Positions 1 to 7,538 of a stretch of DNA of 64,000 nucleotides are shown piece after piece. The position numbers and the translations under genes were made by a program. A model generated the notes under the pieces. The model searched no databases, was not told the origin of the DNA, and saw only the letters and a program-made list of their open reading frames with translations. Position 1 is the first letter of the stretch; the number at the start of each line of letters is the position of its first letter. The DNA is taken from the sequence record NC_019521.1; one strand, written 5' to 3'.

Positions 1-93
1 TATATTTATATAACATAACAAATTAACACAAGTCAAACATTACGACATAATCAAGACTTGTAAATCGATAACATAACAAAAATTTAAAAAGAA

Positions 94-1182
94 ATGGCAC
101 AATTTAATTCAGCATCAATCGGTTTGTATCTTAAAGATTTCAGAAAAATCAATCGTACTAACCTGAATGACAAATTCAGTAATGATTCTAAATACAATGC
201 TTTATACAAAGCTTGGCAAAAAGCAGAAGATAATCTTTTAGCTAATCCTAAAAACGCTAATTTCATAAGTATTGAACTTAAACGTAGATCAGCTTTAGAG
301 GATTATATCAACGATACTTATTCGCAAAAAGAATTAGCTGCATTACCTTTAGCGAAAAACAAAGGTAATCGTAATCGTGAAATCGAAAACTGTTTAGGTC
401 TTGTTTATTCAATGGCTCTTTACTATGCGAAAAATTCAAAAGCTCGTGTTGGATTCGAGGATTTAATCGCATACGGAAATCTTGGATTGGTTGTAGCAGC
501 TGATAAATATTTCACAACTGAAGTTCCTTCAGAATCTATCTTACGTTTACGTTCTAAAGGATTTGCTAAATTCTCAACATACGCATACGCTTGGATTAAG
601 AAATATATCATCGAAGGTTCTCATGAAATGGGTGCTATCGTTGGAGGATCATCAAGAACAAAAGAGGAAGCTAACCGTAATGCTAAAATCATTACTCAGA
701 ACTACTCTTCGGATGAAGGTGATGATATGACTGATGTATGGGATTACGAAATGAATAAGAAATCTGTTAACGATTTCAAAGAATTGAAAATTGTTGAGGA
801 TGATGTTAACGAACTTAAACGTTATGTAAAAGTTGTTTTCGCACCTCTTACTAAATATGAGAAACGTATTTTATTCATGGCTTTAGGTATTGATACTCCT
901 AACGGTGTTGTTTACAAAATGAACGAAATTGCTAAAATCATGAACGTTTCTAAACCAACAATTTCTCGTGATATTGCTAGAGCTTACAACAAATTACGTA
1001 CTCAAGCTTCACAAAAATTACACGGTGAGGATGCTGTAACAATGGCTGCGTTAATCTTAGGTACTGACTTAACTGATGTTAACTTACCAGAATTACGTAT
1101 GGAATCTACTGAAGGATTTGAAAATGGTCCTAAAAATGTAAAAGGTTCCAACCTTATCAAAGCTTACCGTCAAGAATGGTAA
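94..1182 (+). CDS. Phage-encoded sigma70-family RNA polymerase sigma factor
   Basis: Region 2 motifs FEDLIAYGNLGLVVAADKY and KFSTYAYAWIKKYI; region 4 HTH MNEIAKIMNVSKPTISRDIARAYNKLR. Confidence 0.88.
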   Translation: MAQFNSASIGLYLKDFRKINRTNLNDKFSNDSKYNALYKAWQKAEDNLLANPKNANFISIELKRRSALEDYINDTYSQKELAALPLAKNKGNRNREIENCLGLVYSMALYYAKNSKARVGFEDLIAYGNLGLVVAADKYFTTEVPSESILRLRSKGFAKFSTYAYAWIKKYIIEGSHEMGAIVGGSSRTKEEANRNAKIITQNYSSDEGDDMTDVWDYEMNKKSVNDFKELKIVEDDVNELKRYVKVVFAPLTKYEKRILFMALGIDTPNGVVYKMNEIAKIMNVSKPTISRDIARAYNKLRTQASQKLHGEDAVTMAALILGTDLTDVNLPELRMESTEGFENGPKNVKGSNLIKAYRQEW

Positions 1183-1272
1183 GACATAACTGAGATACTT
1201 TTTACCTCTCTAATATAAATTACCTGTCAAAAACGTAACTTGTCTGATGTGAATCACGCAAGTTACAAAACT

Positions 1273-1346
1273 TATCTTGTAGCTCAGCTGGTTAGAGCAA
1301 GTGACTGTTAATCACTAGGTCGATGGTTCGAATCCATCCAAGGTAG
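1273..1346 (+). tRNA. trnN: tRNA-Asn(GTT)
   Basis: Acceptor TATCTTG/CAAGGTA, anticodon arm AGTGA-ctGTTaa-TCACT, T-loop TTCGAAT; CCA not encoded. Confidence 0.95.
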
Positions 1347-1351
1347 CACAA

Positions 1352-1424
1352 AGGGATATAGCTCAGCTGGTAGAGCAATGGTCTCCAAAACCATCGGTCG
1401 GTAGTTCGAATCTATCTGTCCCTG
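1352..1424 (+). tRNA. trnW: tRNA-Trp(CCA)
   Basis: Acceptor AGGGATA/TGTCCCT, anticodon arm ATGGT-ctCCAaa-ACCAT, T-loop TTCGAAT. Confidence 0.95.
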
Positions 1425-1430
1425 CAATAT

Positions 1431-1507
1431 GCACATATGGCTGAGTCAGGTCAAAAGCAACGGTCTGCAAAACCGTACAACCATTGGTTCGAATCCAATT
1501 ATGTGCT
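1431..1507 (+). tRNA. trnC: tRNA-Cys(GCA)
   Basis: Acceptor GCACATA/TATGTGC, anticodon arm ACGGT-ctGCAaa-ACCGT, U73 discriminator. Confidence 0.93.
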
Positions 1508-1517
1508 CAAATAACAA

Positions 1518-1591
1518 TGCGGGGTAGAGCAGATGGAGTGCTCGCGGGTCTCATAAGCCCGAGGTCATGGGTTCGAGTCCCATCCCTGCTA
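1518..1591 (+). tRNA. Initiator-like tRNA-fMet(CAT)
   Basis: 1:72 mismatch (T:T), fMet-like 5' end TGCGGGG-TAGAGCAG, anticodon arm CGGGT-ctCATaa-GCCCG. Confidence 0.85.
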
Positions 1592-1597
1592 CTAATA

Positions 1598-1671
1598 GCT
1601 CCTTTAGCTCAGTTGGTCAGAGCAACAGACTCATAATCTGAAGGTCATAGGTTCAAGTCCTGTAGGGAGCA
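1598..1671 (+). tRNA. tRNA with CAT anticodon (Ile2/lysidine type or elongator Met)
   Basis: Acceptor GCTCCTT/AGGGAGC, anticodon arm aCAGA-ctCATaa-TCTGa, T-loop TTCAAGT. Confidence 0.88.
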
Positions 1672-1680
1672 CTTTTAAAA

Positions 1681-1753
1681 AGCTCTTCTAGCTCAATTGG
1701 TAGAGTGATAGATTCATTATCTATTGGATATGGGTTCGAATCCCATGAGAGCG
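1681..1753 (+). tRNA. Atypical CAT-anticodon tRNA (possible pseudo-tRNA)
   Basis: D-arm GCTC/GAGT, anticodon arm ATAGA-ttCATta-TCTAT (U at 37), T-arm ATGGG-TTCGAAT-CCCAT; irregular acceptor stem. Confidence 0.7.
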
Positions 1754-1760
1754 CAAATAC

Positions 1761-1902
1761 GAAACTGTAGCTCAGTTGGTAGAGTAGTAGATATATCTAC
1801 ATTCGAAAATATCTTGATTATGTATGGTTCTAGAACATACTAGAGAGACGATAGAATTCGGGTCATACCCGGTGGTCATTGGTTCGAATCCAATCAGTTT
1901 CA
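1761..1902 (+). ncRNA. 142-nt tRNA-like RNA with a 71-nt structured insertion after the D-arm
   Basis: Perfect acceptor GAAACTG/CAGTTTC, D-arm, T-arm ATTGG-TTCGAAT-CCAAT; insert 1787-1857; CGGG-tCATa-CCCG arm precedes the variable loop. Confidence 0.75.
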
Positions 1903-1947
1903 CTGTCGTAATGTAATTGAAACATGTGCCATATTCATGTATCGATT

Positions 1948-1980
1948 AAAACCCGAATTCGAAAGGATTCGGGTTTCTTT
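1948..1980 (+). terminator. Intrinsic terminator of the tRNA operon
   Basis: AAACCCGAATTC-GAAA-GGATTCGGGTTT followed by CTTT. Confidence 0.85.
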
Positions 1981-1993
1981 GTTTAGTTCAATT

Positions 1994-2002
1994 TATACAT
2001 AT
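1994..2002 (+). promoter_or_regulatory. Late-type promoter TATACATAT
   Basis: Recurrent motif upstream of virion genes; analogous to T4 late TATAAATA. Confidence 0.75.
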
Positions 2003-2026
2003 TTCATATACTAAAATTAGACAATC

Positions 2027-4333
2027 ATGATGATAGACCCTATCTTAGATAAGAAAATTGAAGAAACTTATCTAATGCATAATCACATTCTAAGAGCATG
2101 GGAAGAGGCTAAAGGTGAAACTGAATACGATCTTTATAAGGTTGCAATGTTCAAAGACCTTATAATTCTTACTAACCCTGCTGTTACATACGTAGAATCT
2201 CTAGCACAAATAGAAATATTCTTTCACCTGACAGCCATGCTAGAAGGCGGTTTGAAACCTGGACCTGATGTAACAGAAGATGCTACAGAATCCGAAAACG
2301 TAGATGTTTCTACTATCGACGGAATGGTTACAGATGACGGATTCCTTCAAATAGGAGAAGGTAACACAACCACTGATATATCTCTGACAACAAACAATGA
2401 GATAACATTAGGAATGGGTGTTCGTAAATACAGAAATAACGAAACTATTCCAGCTTCTAACGGTGTTTACAATTTACATTTAACTCCGGGTGAAAGATGG
2501 TCATTTGTTTACATGGCTAAACTTGAAGCGTTAGTTAATTCTGGTCTTACTGAGCTATATGATATTACTCTTCAAATCGAAAACGAAGGAAAAACTTTAG
2601 ATTTTGTATTCAAATCCATTAATACTGGAATCGTTCTAGTAAATGAAAAATATAATATAACCATTAGTGATGGATTTACTTCAGAGGACTTCAAAGTATT
2701 TCAGGATATACAAAGAGTTGAGTTCTATGGTAAAAAGTTCAATGACACAATGTCTAACGAAAATGGCGTACCTGTAGGAACATTCAAATTTACTTACAAA
2801 GCTGTAAGACGCTATCAGCATCCGGATTTCAATATCAATCCTGTAATTCTTGAAACTATCGCTAACGTTACATTTGATGAAGAACCTCCAAAAGAGGTTA
2901 GGGTTCATTTCATTGACACACCTTCAAAAATGCAAGTTAAACTAAATGGTAGTCCTGTTACAGAAAAGATCAATTTAGTAGGTGATGCTCCAATAGATGT
3001 TAACATAAAACTTGATTCAACAGATTACGGTGATAACCCAGTACAAGAAATAAAATCTGTTTCAGTAAAGAATAAAGATACTAATGAAGCTATTTCGTAT
3101 ACTGGTACTTTCGATGATCTGACAATAGCTCAAACTTCTATAGAAAATATCGAAGTAGGGTATGCAAAAAGTATAAAAACTGGAAATGTTAAAATAATCA
3201 AAGATGCTGGAGTATTACGTTCTTTATTGAATTCCAATAATTTCGATAATTATGAAATGACTAACGATTCAAACTATTCAGATACTTATGGTTCTGATGG
3301 TACTATAGCTATTACTACTAAAGATGGTTATAACATGAAATCTATCAAAGTAAATGACGTTGATGTAACAATTACTGATGTCGATTTCATGATAGTTCCA
3401 GTTAAATTCGTAAGTGACATTGTTACGGTCGTTACAGAATTAAATTCTGATTATCAAGTAATCATAACTTCGAATAATGAATCTGAATTAGTAACACCTG
3501 TTTCATATTACAATATATCAGATGATTGGTCGGAAGGTACTATGGAATTGAATACACCTAATTTATTTCCTGATACTACAGAACTTTCTGTAACCTTAGA
3601 ATTGAAAGATGATAGATCGTATATGTTTGGTTCTATAAAGTTAAATGACGTTGAGAAACTTACGGAACCTGAGACTTACTATACATTAGATTTCGCAATA
3701 GATAAATCAAACGTTAAGATCGAAACTTCTGTAGTCGATAATCCTAATAAAGGTAAGAATATAATATCGTTTAACTATAATGTGGGTAATATTCTAACTA
3801 AGATAGATGATGTTATAGTAACAGGGGCTAAATACTATGATCCTACTACTAATATCGTTTTAACAGTTTCTAATGTCATAAATGGTCAACCTGAAAGAGA
3901 AGTTAAGAAAATTAAAGTTATTTCTGGAACTGAAACAATAAGTGAACATGATCCAAACACTAACATTTCTTTGTTAATGGATAAAGATTATAGAATCGAA
4001 ACGGTTGAAGATTTCAAACAATATACGATAACACGTACTAACGATGATCCTAATGTTACTATAGACGTAAATGGATTCTATCCGATACCAAGTAATACTA
4101 CATTAGCACATAATGTACCTGTTTCGTTCAATGCTAATTCATCTGGAGGATTTACAGTAAAAGTTCCTATCGATACTCATATTGTTAAGTCTGTTACATT
4201 AAACGGAGTTCTTCAAACTATTGAAGAAAATGTACCAGTTGTTTCAATCCCTGCAAATACTTATACAGGAAATATAACTATCGAAGCTACTTCAGAATTA
4301 AAGCCTGAACCAGAACCTCCTGTCGAAGGATAA
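2027..4333 (+). CDS. Virion fibre/decoration protein with beta-rich (Ig-like) repeats
   Basis: 768 aa, T/V/N/I-rich beta repeats, late promoter; N-terminus resembles that of the next ORF. Confidence 0.55.
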   Translation: MMIDPILDKKIEETYLMHNHILRAWEEAKGETEYDLYKVAMFKDLIILTNPAVTYVESLAQIEIFFHLTAMLEGGLKPGPDVTEDATESENVDVSTIDGMVTDDGFLQIGEGNTTTDISLTTNNEITLGMGVRKYRNNETIPASNGVYNLHLTPGERWSFVYMAKLEALVNSGLTELYDITLQIENEGKTLDFVFKSINTGIVLVNEKYNITISDGFTSEDFKVFQDIQRVEFYGKKFNDTMSNENGVPVGTFKFTYKAVRRYQHPDFNINPVILETIANVTFDEEPPKEVRVHFIDTPSKMQVKLNGSPVTEKINLVGDAPIDVNIKLDSTDYGDNPVQEIKSVSVKNKDTNEAISYTGTFDDLTIAQTSIENIEVGYAKSIKTGNVKIIKDAGVLRSLLNSNNFDNYEMTNDSNYSDTYGSDGTIAITTKDGYNMKSIKVNDVDVTITDVDFMIVPVKFVSDIVTVVTELNSDYQVIITSNNESELVTPVSYYNISDDWSEGTMELNTPNLFPDTTELSVTLELKDDRSYMFGSIKLNDVEKLTEPETYYTLDFAIDKSNVKIETSVVDNPNKGKNIISFNYNVGNILTKIDDVIVTGAKYYDPTTNIVLTVSNVINGQPEREVKKIKVISGTETISEHDPNTNISLLMDKDYRIETVEDFKQYTITRTNDDPNVTIDVNGFYPIPSNTTLAHNVPVSFNANSSGGFTVKVPIDTHIVKSVTLNGVLQTIEENVPVVSIPANTYTGNITIEATSELKPEPEPPVEG

Positions 4334-4357
4334 TAAAATAGTAAATTGATACATATA

Positions 4358-4393
4358 AAGACCACCACTTATTAACTTAAGGGTGGTCTTTTT
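4358..4393 (+). terminator. Intrinsic terminator
   Basis: AAGACCACC..CTTA/TAAG..GGTGGTCTT plus T-tract; GATACATAT lies immediately upstream (4348-4356). Confidence 0.8.
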
Positions 4394-4438
4394 GCATATT
4401 TTAAAATCGTAAATTTAACCAAATCAATCGAATAAAAC

Positions 4439-6070
4439 ATGAAAATACCTGAAGATTTAAAAGAATATATCGATAAATCTTTCTTAAGAGCTAATCATTT
4501 ACATAGAAAGTATGAAGATTATCTTAAGTCTATAGACCCAGAAACTGGTAGAGGTTCTTTGACTTTGTATCAAGAATTTGAAGATTTATTGAGAAAAACT
4601 TTTCCTGATACGACAATACAGCATTATGTACAGAAATGGAAAATACTAAATTGGTTGAAGGAAGGAATAGGATACGAATTACATAATCCTGAAACTACTG
4701 GAACTTGGGAGTCTTATGAAAGGGGTTTTGATGAATTGAAATATTATGGTTTTAGTGAAGTCAATTATGAAGATTCTTATTTCGTTGACAAGGACTCGTA
4801 TAAGTCTAAGGGTATGTCAGAAGGTTTAATGAACAAAGAAATCGTTATGACTATTACCAATAACGTAATTATGAACGGTGAGGAAACACACATATATTCT
4901 TATAAAGATTTACCATTAGTGGAATTATCTAAAACCACGGGTGTGTCTGACTGGGTAATAGGTGGTACTATTTCGTTAACAGAAAAAATACGTGAACAGT
5001 TCAAAGAGTTCCAACCTGAATTAAGTATGCATAGCTTATACGAAACTAGACTTTTTATTAACATAGGTAACAAGTTCATAAATGTAGAATTTGTACGTAA
5101 TATGTCTACAGGTAAAGTTGAAGCTAGAGACGTTCAAACTAAAAAAGTATTACCTATACAAATAGGTACAACTTATGGACCTAATTACGTAATACAAAAT
5201 CCATCCAGTTACGAAAGTCAATTGTTAAATACTGTTTTCAATTTAACATATCGTTTCACAGGAACTGACGTTTCTAAAATGTTAGGATATACTGATAATA
5301 AACCTGCGAGAGGATTGATAAGATTAGGTTTACAGTCTGAAAGAAAATATAGAGACCCTGGAATCGATTATGATATTATAGGTAATTTATTACTAGATAT
5401 GATAGTTTATGACGATGAAGCTGATATACCAGAAAATAGGGAAACTAAAGTTATTATAGAACAAGATTTCTTGGACAGTGTAGAAGAGCTTTATATAAAC
5501 GGTGAAATTGCTACAAATGAACAAATCGTTACCAAAGATTTTATAATCGTTAATGCTAAAGGTGTTACTAAAGACAAGCTTCATTGCTTATCAGAATTTT
5601 CTTTAGTATATCCTGAAGATGGATTGACGATAAAAGAAAACAATCCAGTATTTAGTACTTACGAATTCGATTTCGAGAAAATCTTTTTACCTAGGAAGCT
5701 TGGTTCCGATATCAATGATGTAGTTATAGCATCTGGTAAATTTGATAAACGTGTTCAATGTATGTTTTATGAAAGTGCTGTATGGGGTGCAATGGAAAAC
5801 AATATAATAACAGTAAATGGTAATGTAGTAAAAGCTAGCTATCCGTATTATTACAATTATGGAGAACCTGTAAAGATAGTGATTCGAAAACAACCTGACT
5901 CGTATAGATGGAAATATACTTTGTTCATTTCAAAAAGATTCAAAGAACCAGGTGAAGATTATTATCTAGAAACTAGAGAAATTACGTTAGCTGATTTAGA
6001 TGAAAACAATGAATATGTAATAGACGATCAAGAAGGTCTTTACGATTATAGTTTTCAATTCACGTCATAA
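4439..6070 (+). CDS. Putative virion protein sharing an N-terminal module with 2027..4333
   Basis: 543 aa; similar first ~70 aa; structural-gene context. Confidence 0.5.
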   Translation: MKIPEDLKEYIDKSFLRANHLHRKYEDYLKSIDPETGRGSLTLYQEFEDLLRKTFPDTTIQHYVQKWKILNWLKEGIGYELHNPETTGTWESYERGFDELKYYGFSEVNYEDSYFVDKDSYKSKGMSEGLMNKEIVMTITNNVIMNGEETHIYSYKDLPLVELSKTTGVSDWVIGGTISLTEKIREQFKEFQPELSMHSLYETRLFINIGNKFINVEFVRNMSTGKVEARDVQTKKVLPIQIGTTYGPNYVIQNPSSYESQLLNTVFNLTYRFTGTDVSKMLGYTDNKPARGLIRLGLQSERKYRDPGIDYDIIGNLLLDMIVYDDEADIPENRETKVIIEQDFLDSVEELYINGEIATNEQIVTKDFIIVNAKGVTKDKLHCLSEFSLVYPEDGLTIKENNPVFSTYEFDFEKIFLPRKLGSDINDVVIASGKFDKRVQCMFYESAVWGAMENNIITVNGNVVKASYPYYYNYGEPVKIVIRKQPDSYRWKYTLFISKRFKEPGEDYYLETREITLADLDENNEYVIDDQEGLYDYSFQFTS

Positions 6071-6099
6071 AAATACGGAAATAAGGATTACAGTCCTTT

Positions 6100-6108
6100 T
6101 ATACATAT
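6100..6108 (+). promoter_or_regulatory. Late-type promoter TATACATAT
   Basis: Exact motif. Confidence 0.7.
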
Positions 6109-6116
6109 ATCATAAT

Positions 6117-6153
6117 ACCTAGAGGTTACAAAAACCTCTAGGTTTAGTATAAT
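6117..6153 (+). promoter_or_regulatory. 11-bp hairpin abutting a TTAGTATAAT -10 element
   Basis: ACCTAGAGGTT-acaaa-AACCTCTAGGT then ttagTATAAT; no TGAAAC at 17 bp. Confidence 0.5.
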
Positions 6154-6179
6154 ATCTTCAATAAAACAATATAGAAACT

Positions 6180-6587
6180 ATGAAAATCATAAATAAAACG
6201 ATAACTGTTAATGAGGTACAAGAATTATCTAATACTTTAGACAGATTAGTCGAATCATTTGACCGCTGTCCAACAGTAAAAGAATTTCTTATGGAAAATG
6301 GAAATTCTGAGGAAACTGCAAACATGTTTGCTAAAATGGCTTTAACTGAATGCGTTATCGATAAAGAAAAAACTTTCTTATTCGAAAACGGTATGCGTAT
6401 TCCTACTATCGGTGCTAAAATGAAATCGTTAGTTACTTTGAATGGTTTATTTGAAGCAGCCGAAAATGAAGACGAATTCGTTCAATTAGTTGAAAACAAT
6501 ATTTTACCTAAACTAGATATCGAAGAATTGTCAGAATGTGATGAAGAAAATCTAAGAGAGGTTTACAAAGAAAACAAATCTAAATAA
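6180..6587 (+). CDS. Acidic protein rich in L-x-E motifs; candidate prohead core/internal protein
   Basis: 135 aa with LVE, LME, LTE, LFE, LFE, LVE, LSE, LRE. Confidence 0.4.
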   Translation: MKIINKTITVNEVQELSNTLDRLVESFDRCPTVKEFLMENGNSEETANMFAKMALTECVIDKEKTFLFENGMRIPTIGAKMKSLVTLNGLFEAAENEDEFVQLVENNILPKLDIEELSECDEENLREVYKENKSK

Positions 6588-6590
6588 AAA

Positions 6591-7061
6591 ATGCCAGGAT
6601 TAGCAGAAATAGTAATAACTTCGATTCAGCTAAAACTTCATAAAGATACAGATTCACCGTTCGCCATTCGACAAACATCTAATGACAACTGGCAAGAAAT
6701 CATGGATTGGTCTGCTGAAGTTAAGTTAGCTATCGAAACGTTAGAAGACGGATTAGGTGAATTGTCACCAGAAAGAATAAAAGAGATGATTCTAGAATTA
6801 TTGATTTCATCTAAGAAACTGTTCGTTATTGATAAAAACATGGGTAATGGTTCTTCTGAAATGTTACCAGGTGGTATTCTACTTGTTAGAAATAATAACG
6901 AATTTACATTCTCAGTTGAAAATGCTGATAGACATGCTGTTAGTGTTGTAGACTTGAGTGATTTTGCAGAAATGCATCCAGCTGTTACAAAAACAGCTAC
7001 AGAAATAAAACTATACTTCGAATTACCTCCTACTTTCAATTTCCAAGTATTGATGTTTTAA
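6591..7061 (+). CDS. Hypothetical (probably virion) protein
   Basis: 156-aa ORF closely following the previous gene. Confidence 0.7.
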   Translation: MPGLAEIVITSIQLKLHKDTDSPFAIRQTSNDNWQEIMDWSAEVKLAIETLEDGLGELSPERIKEMILELLISSKKLFVIDKNMGNGSSEMLPGGILLVRNNNEFTFSVENADRHAVSVVDLSDFAEMHPAVTKTATEIKLYFELPPTFNFQVLMF

Positions 7062-7083
7062 GTATTTTCCATTTCTTAGACCT

Positions 7084-7092
7084 TATACATAT
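7084..7092 (+). promoter_or_regulatory. Late-type promoter TATACATAT
   Basis: Exact motif. Confidence 0.75.
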
Positions 7093-7114
7093 TCAAACTA
7101 TAAAGGTCTAAGAA

Positions 7115-7498
7115 ATGGAAAACTTTTTAAATGAACTGTTAGGATTGATTCTTAACGGTGTAACCCCAGCGCAATACGTCGCATCTTTTCTTTTTGCCAC
7201 TTTCGGTGGTATTACATCATTGATTTTAGGTACCAGTAAACGTAAAGTTGATGAAACTAATCCTGAAAAATTTTCAAGATCGTTTCTTATACTTAACAAT
7301 TTACAAAGAATCGTAAGCTCTATAATCATAACATTCATCATGATTAGAATGAGTAATATAGCTTTCGATCCAAATGTAACTATCGGATTAGCTTTCTTCT
7401 TTGGATATTCTTCTGATACAGCTATGAAGTATCTTAGAAATTTGGAATCTAAATCTAAAGATGTTGAGAAATTACGTAATCACTTTTTAGGAAGATAA
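7115..7498 (+). CDS. Holin-like membrane protein
   Basis: 127 aa, about 3 hydrophobic segments, charged C-terminal tail, late promoter. Confidence 0.5.
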   Translation: MENFLNELLGLILNGVTPAQYVASFLFATFGGITSLILGTSKRKVDETNPEKFSRSFLILNNLQRIVSSIIITFIMIRMSNIAFDPNVTIGLAFFFGYSSDTAMKYLRNLESKSKDVEKLRNHFLGR

Positions 7499-7538
7499 CA
7501 TTTAACGAATAGACTAGACCTTAACAAAATTAGAAAAC

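Noticed and set aside
1234-1267. Hairpin GTAACTTG..CAAGTTAC upstream of the first tRNA as a separate ncRNA
   Set aside because: It is most simply a leader or processing stem of the tRNA operon; it shows no recognisable RNA family features.
1787-1857. Group I intron or tmRNA explanation for the giant tRNA
   Set aside because: 71 nt is too short for a group I core, the ends are not tRNA-Ala-like (no G3-U70), and no tag reading frame is evident.
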